A stretch of DNA of 63,526 nt, the filler included, from Craspedostauros australis (Eukaryota): assembly GCA_030167865.1 (NCBI GenBank). It is 9 parts of 9 records of this genome, joined end to end, with 100 filler letters (N's around TTAATTAATTAA, not from the genome) between each part and the next. Parts side by side here need not be neighbours in the genome. Positions count along the whole stretch, not along the records: positions 58,947 to 62,034 come from JALAGF010003312.1; positions 62,135 to 63,526 come from JALAGF010003313.1; 7 more parts are not named here. One strand, given 5' to 3'. The notes under the pieces are model-generated. The model ran no database searches and was not told the DNA's origin. It worked only from the letters and a program-made list of their open reading frames with translations. The position numbers were made by a program, and so were the translations under genes. Positions 58,947 to 63,526 of the stretch are shown here, one piece after another; the stretch's first letter is position 1, and each line of letters starts with the position of its first letter.

Positions 58947-59500
58947 GTCTGTTGGCCGAGACGTTGGATTGCTGGTCACCGGCATACGGGTCGGCCTTCT
59001 TGTTGGACTGCTCGTTGGATTGCTCGTCGGTGCGCTTGTTGGTCGAGAAGTTGGTCGACTAGTCGGTGCACTCGTTGGCTGGGATGTCGGTGCATCCGTA
59101 GGTGCGCTCGTTGGCTGGGACGTCGGTGCATCCGTAGGTGCGCTCGTTGGGGTACTGGTCGGATTGCTCGTTGGCTGGGTGGTTGGCAAATCTGTAGGTG
59201 CGCTCGTGGGTTGTTCTATTGGATTGGGCGTCTCTGGGGTGGGCACGCTCGTTGGCTGGGTGGTTGGCACATTTGTCGGCAGGGCGCTTGGCGAGACCGT
59301 CGGCGCTGGTGTTGGAAGGGCAGTTGGAATGTTGGTCGGATTACTCGTTGGCTGGGTAGTTGGTACATCCGTGGGTGCCGATGTTGGAGCGGAAGTTGGA
59401 ACGCTGGTTGGTTGGGCGGTCGGGACCGCCGTCGGAGCCGACGATGCCAGCACGGTGGGGTTGCTGGTCGGCCTGGAAGTTGGCACGTCCGTCGGTGGCA
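58947..59500 (-). repeat. 12-bp-unit tandem repeat encoding (PTxx)n, copy 1
   Basis: PTSAPTDAPTSQPTSAPTSRPTSRPT... Confidence 0.9.
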
Positions 59501-62034
59501 GGATGTCGATGATCTCATCCGTCAGTCCGCAGATGCTCTCCACGCCCATCTCCGTGAGCTTGCTGTTGAGAGCAGCGTAGAGCTCCAGCAGGAAGGGGCC
59601 TCTGTCAGGAATCGCGTCCACGGCACAGAAGCACGTGTCTTCGGTTTGCATGCGACGATGGCGGGGACGGCCAGCAAGGTCCACGTTGAACTCGCGATCC
59701 AGATCCAGCTCGGTCTGGAGCTGCTGCAGGGATCGTCTTCCGGCACCTCCGGTGGCGGGGGACGTCGCAGAAGGATCTTCGTCCACCAACGGCGTGCCAT
59801 CACCGCATCCACGGCATCTTCCGTTGGTCTCCATGGTGGTGTCACCGAGAACGCATCCGTCCGAATTCGGCGTTTGTCCGGCGGGGATGTTGATGGTGGT
59901 GATCGCGCTTCCCACGAGGACGCGTCGGAAGAGCATGTCGCAGTACTGAGCCGCCAGCTCGTTGTACACCATCTCGAAGATGGTGGAGAAGCTCTCCAGG
60001 TCGGAGGCGGACACATCTGGCACCACCAGCAGCATGAGCTGCAGGTCTTCCGGCACGAAGTCATTCGTCTCCGCCTCGCAATCTTGCGTCTGGACCAGCT
60101 GGACGTCATCGAGGGTGATGTCGGGCGGGAGGTCGACTTCGTCGTCGATCTGGTCGCGGAAGTCGTCNGCGTTGAAGANGATGATCTGGTTGGTTCCGAC
60201 ACCGCAGTAGCACTGAGATTCATCTTCTCGGACTCCTTCGGTGTCNATATCCGNCTGTAGGCGTCGGAGGTTGGCAACTCCATCATACTCGTGCATGAAA
60301 TCTGGGATCTTGCTGGATCGGATGTTGGAGCGGATGCCAGAGTCGGCGCGGTCGTTCGTCTCGCCCGCAGCCGCAGTCACATCCTCAGTCGCCATGCTCG
60401 GGACAGTACGGGCATGGATGCCCATGCCAGCATCTGCGTGGAAATCCGCGCTGCCGACTCTGCCGAAGCTGTCTTCACCGCTCGCGAAGAGATGACGCTG
60501 CTTTCTCACAGTGACGAAGGAGGTTTCTGTGATGTCATTTCCAAAGCCAAAGTACGAGGAGCAGAATATGCAGGTTCCGAGCCCGGTGACCAGTATGGAG
60601 AGCGTTGGGTTGTTGGGATCGTATTGACTGAAATCGACGGATGTTTGCAGCTTTCTATGACCGTGACCGTGGCCGTTGGCATGGATGGCGGCATCAAAGT
60701 ACGGCTGGCTGCGATCGAAATCAAGGTCATCCCTGCCCTCGCTGTCCAGGTGCATGGTTTTCGAATCCTCATCCATGAGGAATCGATTTGAATTGAAGGT
60801 GAACGTTTCTCCTTCGTTGTTGATCTGGACGCTGACGATCGCGATAACGGTGGTGAGGTCACGGAAGCTGGGGTCGCAATCGCCTTGGCTGTCACTGTCG
60901 GTACTGTTGTAGAGATTGAGGAAGACCTGGACGACGGCATTGACCAGATCTTCAACCTCTTGGAAAGAGAGGGATGTTTGGCCCGGGGTTGGGTTGCCAA
61001 AGTTGGTGTCCGTGAACTGAACGTAGAGTTCCGTGGTGAAGGGTTCACGAGGTGGACATTCATTGACGCCAACGATGCAGGCCAATCCGAGGTCCTGCAC
61101 GTTGATGTTGTACACCGCCATGAGCTCTGGCTCGGATGGCGATCGTTCCGCGATGGGGGCGATGTCGCAGTAGCAGGTCTCGGTGAGCTCGTTTGTCCTC
61201 CTTGGCTTTCTTGAGTCACCGCTGCCGCCGCCGCGCGTTGCGGAGTGGGCGCCCAGGGCCCTGCCTGCAGAGCTGACAGAGGTGGTGGTGGTATCGTAGG
61301 GATGTGTGACGCTGTTGGATGTGCAGGCACGATTGTCGTTGATGTGGAGCCTGGCATCCGCGGCTGTTCGTTTGAGCACGTTGGTGCTATCATCACTATC
61401 ACTATCACCACGAGTATGACTATCGCTGTCGCTGCCGTTGACATCACCGTTGACATCACCATCGACATCACCATGTGCATTAATGCTGCTTCGAAGATGG
61501 TCGTTGAGCTGTTCGTTGATGACGTCACCCATGTCATGTCCAATATCACTGGTACCATCATAGTCACCACCATCGTGAGCACCACCATCGTGAACACCAC
61601 GATTGGAGGCATGATCGGTGTATTGCATCTTGCGAGAACGCCTACCACCTGACATGGTAGCGAGCAAGGGCCCCTCGGTATAGAGCGTGGTGACAGCCGG
61701 ATCGCATCCACGACATCGCAGGGTGACGATGGCCTCGATACTGACGGCGATAGATCCGCTGATCTCCTCCGGCACGACCGTGGATCCGTCCGTGACGATG
61801 CCCGTGAAGGTGACGTTGTTGATGACGCGGAAGAAGGGATCGCAGTATCTCTCGGCGACAAGGTCGTTGTAGGTGGTGGCGAAGGTGGCCTCGAGCTCTG
61901 GGACGCGAGGGTCGTCGAGGGAGAGAGGTGAAACCTGCTGGTCGTCCTCGCAGACCAGGAGCTCGATGGCGATGCGAATGTCGAACACCTGCTCGTCATC
62001 GACGGTGTCGGAGCAGTCGATCTCCTGCACCTCC
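58947..62034 (-). CDS. internal fragment of large modular extracellular mucin-like protein (three Cys modules, R-x-L/M-type motifs, PT repeats)
   Basis: >1000-aa frame open at both contig ends. Repeated YN..CD(P/M).FR...C(R/I).C modules, C(Y/F)C motifs, RRLQ/RKLQ/RRMQ and (PTxx)n. Confidence 0.85.
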
Positions 62035-62134
62035 NNNNNNNNNNNNNNNNNNNNNNNNNNNNNNNNNNNNNNNNNNNNTTAATTAATTAANNNNNNNNNN
62101 NNNNNNNNNNNNNNNNNNNNNNNNNNNNNNNNNN
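62035..62134. other. artificial contig-join linker
   Basis: N44-TTAATTAATTAA-N44. Confidence 0.97.
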
Positions 62135-63526
62135 GTCTGTTGGCCGAGACGTTGGATTGCTGGTCACCGGCATACGGGTCGGCCTTCTTGTTGGACTGCT
62201 CGTTGGATTGCTCGTCGGTGCGCTTGTTGGTCGAGAAGTTGGTCGACTAGTCGGTGCACTCGTTGGCTGGGATGTCGGTGCATCCGTAGGTGCGCTCGTT
62301 GGCTGGGACGTCGGTGCATCCGTAGGTGCGCTCGTTGGGGTACTGGTCGGATTGCTCGTTGGCTGGGTGGTTGGCAAATCTGTAGGTGCGCTCGTGGGTT
62401 GTTCTATTGGATTGGGCGTCTCTGGGGTGGGCACGCTCGTTGGCTGGGTGGTTGGCACATTTGTCGGCAGGGCGCTTGGCGAGACCGTCGGCGCTGGTGT
62501 TGGAAGGGCAGTTGGAATGTTGGTCGGATTACTCGTTGGCTGGGTAGTTGGTACATCCGTGGGTGCCGATGTTGGAGCGGAAGTTGGAACGCTGGTTGGT
62601 TGGGCGGTCGGGACCGCCGTCGGAGCCGACGATGCCAGCACGGTGGGGTTGCTGGTCGGCCTGGAAGTTGGCACGTCCGTCGGTGGCAGGATGTCGATGA
62701 TCTCATCCGTCAGTCCGCAGATGCTCTCCACGCCCATCTCCGTGAGCTTGCTGTTGAGAGCAGCGTAGAGCTCCAGCAGGAAGGGGCCTCTGTCAGGAAT
62801 CGCGTCCACGGCACAGAAGCACGTGTCTTCGGTTTGCATGCGACGATGGCGGGGACGGCCAGCAAGGTCCACGTTGAACTCGCGATCCAGATCCAGCTCG
62901 GTCTGGAGCTGCTGCAGGGATCGTCTTCCGGCACCTCCGGTGGCGGGGGACGTCGCAGAAGGATCTTCGTCCACCAACGGCGTGCCATCACCGCATCCAC
63001 GGCATCTTCCGTTGGTCTCCATGGTGGTGTCACCGAGAACGCATCCGTCCGAATTCGGCGTTTGTCCGGCGGGGATGTTGATGGTGGTGATCGCGCTTCC
63101 CACGAGGACGCGTCGGAAGAGCATGTCGCAGTACTGAGCCGCCAGCTCGTTGTACACCATCTCGAAGATGGTGGAGAAGCTCTCCAGGTCGGAGGCGGAC
63201 ACATCTGGCACCACCAGCAGCATGAGCTGCAGGTCTTCCGGCACGAAGTCATTCGTCTCCGCCTCGCAATCTTGCGTCTGGACCAGCTGGACGTCATCGA
63301 GGGTGATGTCGGGCGGGAGGTCGACTTCGTCGTCGATCTGGTCGCGGAAGTCGTCAGCGTTGAAGATGATGATCTGGTTGGTTCCGACACCGCAGTAGCA
63401 CTGAGATTCATCTTCTCGGACTCCTTCGGTGTCAATATCCGCCTGTAGGCGTCGGAGGTTGGCAACTCCATCATACTCGTGCATGAAATCTGGGATCTTG
63501 CTGGATCGGATGTTGGAGCGGATGCC
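62135..63526 (-). CDS. second copy (allele/paralogue/redundant contig) of the mucin-like fragment, matching 58947-60338
   Basis: Same starting base, offset 3188; translations identical except at the four N positions of copy 1. Confidence 0.85.

Noticed and set aside
58947..59500. CRISPR-like or telomeric array
   Set aside because: The 12-bp units encode in-frame PTxx repeats; there are no unique spacers, no cas genes and no telomere motif.
58969..60260. Long + strand ORFs (VG-rich 203 aa; 349 aa) and their duplicates at 62157-63448
   Set aside because: Antisense shadows of the PT-repeat coding strand.
1..63526. tRNA, rRNA or other structured ncRNA genes
   Set aside because: None recognised by eye; a covariance-model scan would be needed to exclude them.

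Overview
Eukaryotic DNA, most likely a diatom. This is inferred from GT-AG introns, bipartite plastid-type presequences, diatom-type CoDi/Copia and Ambal-like LINE elements, and R-x-L-type propeptide motifs. The window is not one locus: it is nine contigs joined by eight identical 100-bp artificial linkers (N44-TTAATTAATTAA-N44), so adjacency across linkers carries no meaning. Contig 1 (1-4205): CIA30-like 3' end, a cysteine-less glutaredoxin and a frameshifted NmrA-like gene. Contig 2 (4306-11301): a PIF/Harbinger-type DDE transposase and a divergent spliced accessory-like gene with an HSP20-like C-terminal domain. Contig 3 (11402-41086): a 29.7-kb gene-rich block bounded by ~3.5-kb inverted repeats, each carrying a plastid protein plus an SVOP-like MFS transporter. 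The repeats enclose an MCTP-like C2 protein, a trypsin, a stand-alone Copia-protease-derived gene lacking the catalytic Asp, a membrane protein, a TFIIB-like factor, CNOT11, a pseudouridine synthase and a GT43. Contigs 4 and 7: internal parts of two different Copia lineages, one intact and one with two in-frame stops. Contig 5: a STAND/AAA ATPase followed by the 5' part of a LINE with ATGA-overlapping ORF1/ORF2. Contig 6: a secreted Cys-rich protein. Contigs 8 and 9: two copies of a modular mucin-like (PT-repeat) protein fragment. The most notable items are the candidate domesticated retrotransposon pseudo-protease, the inverted-repeat-bounded block with a sharp identity step, and the Harbinger-associated accessory gene. 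All family calls come from recognising motifs by eye; no searches were run.
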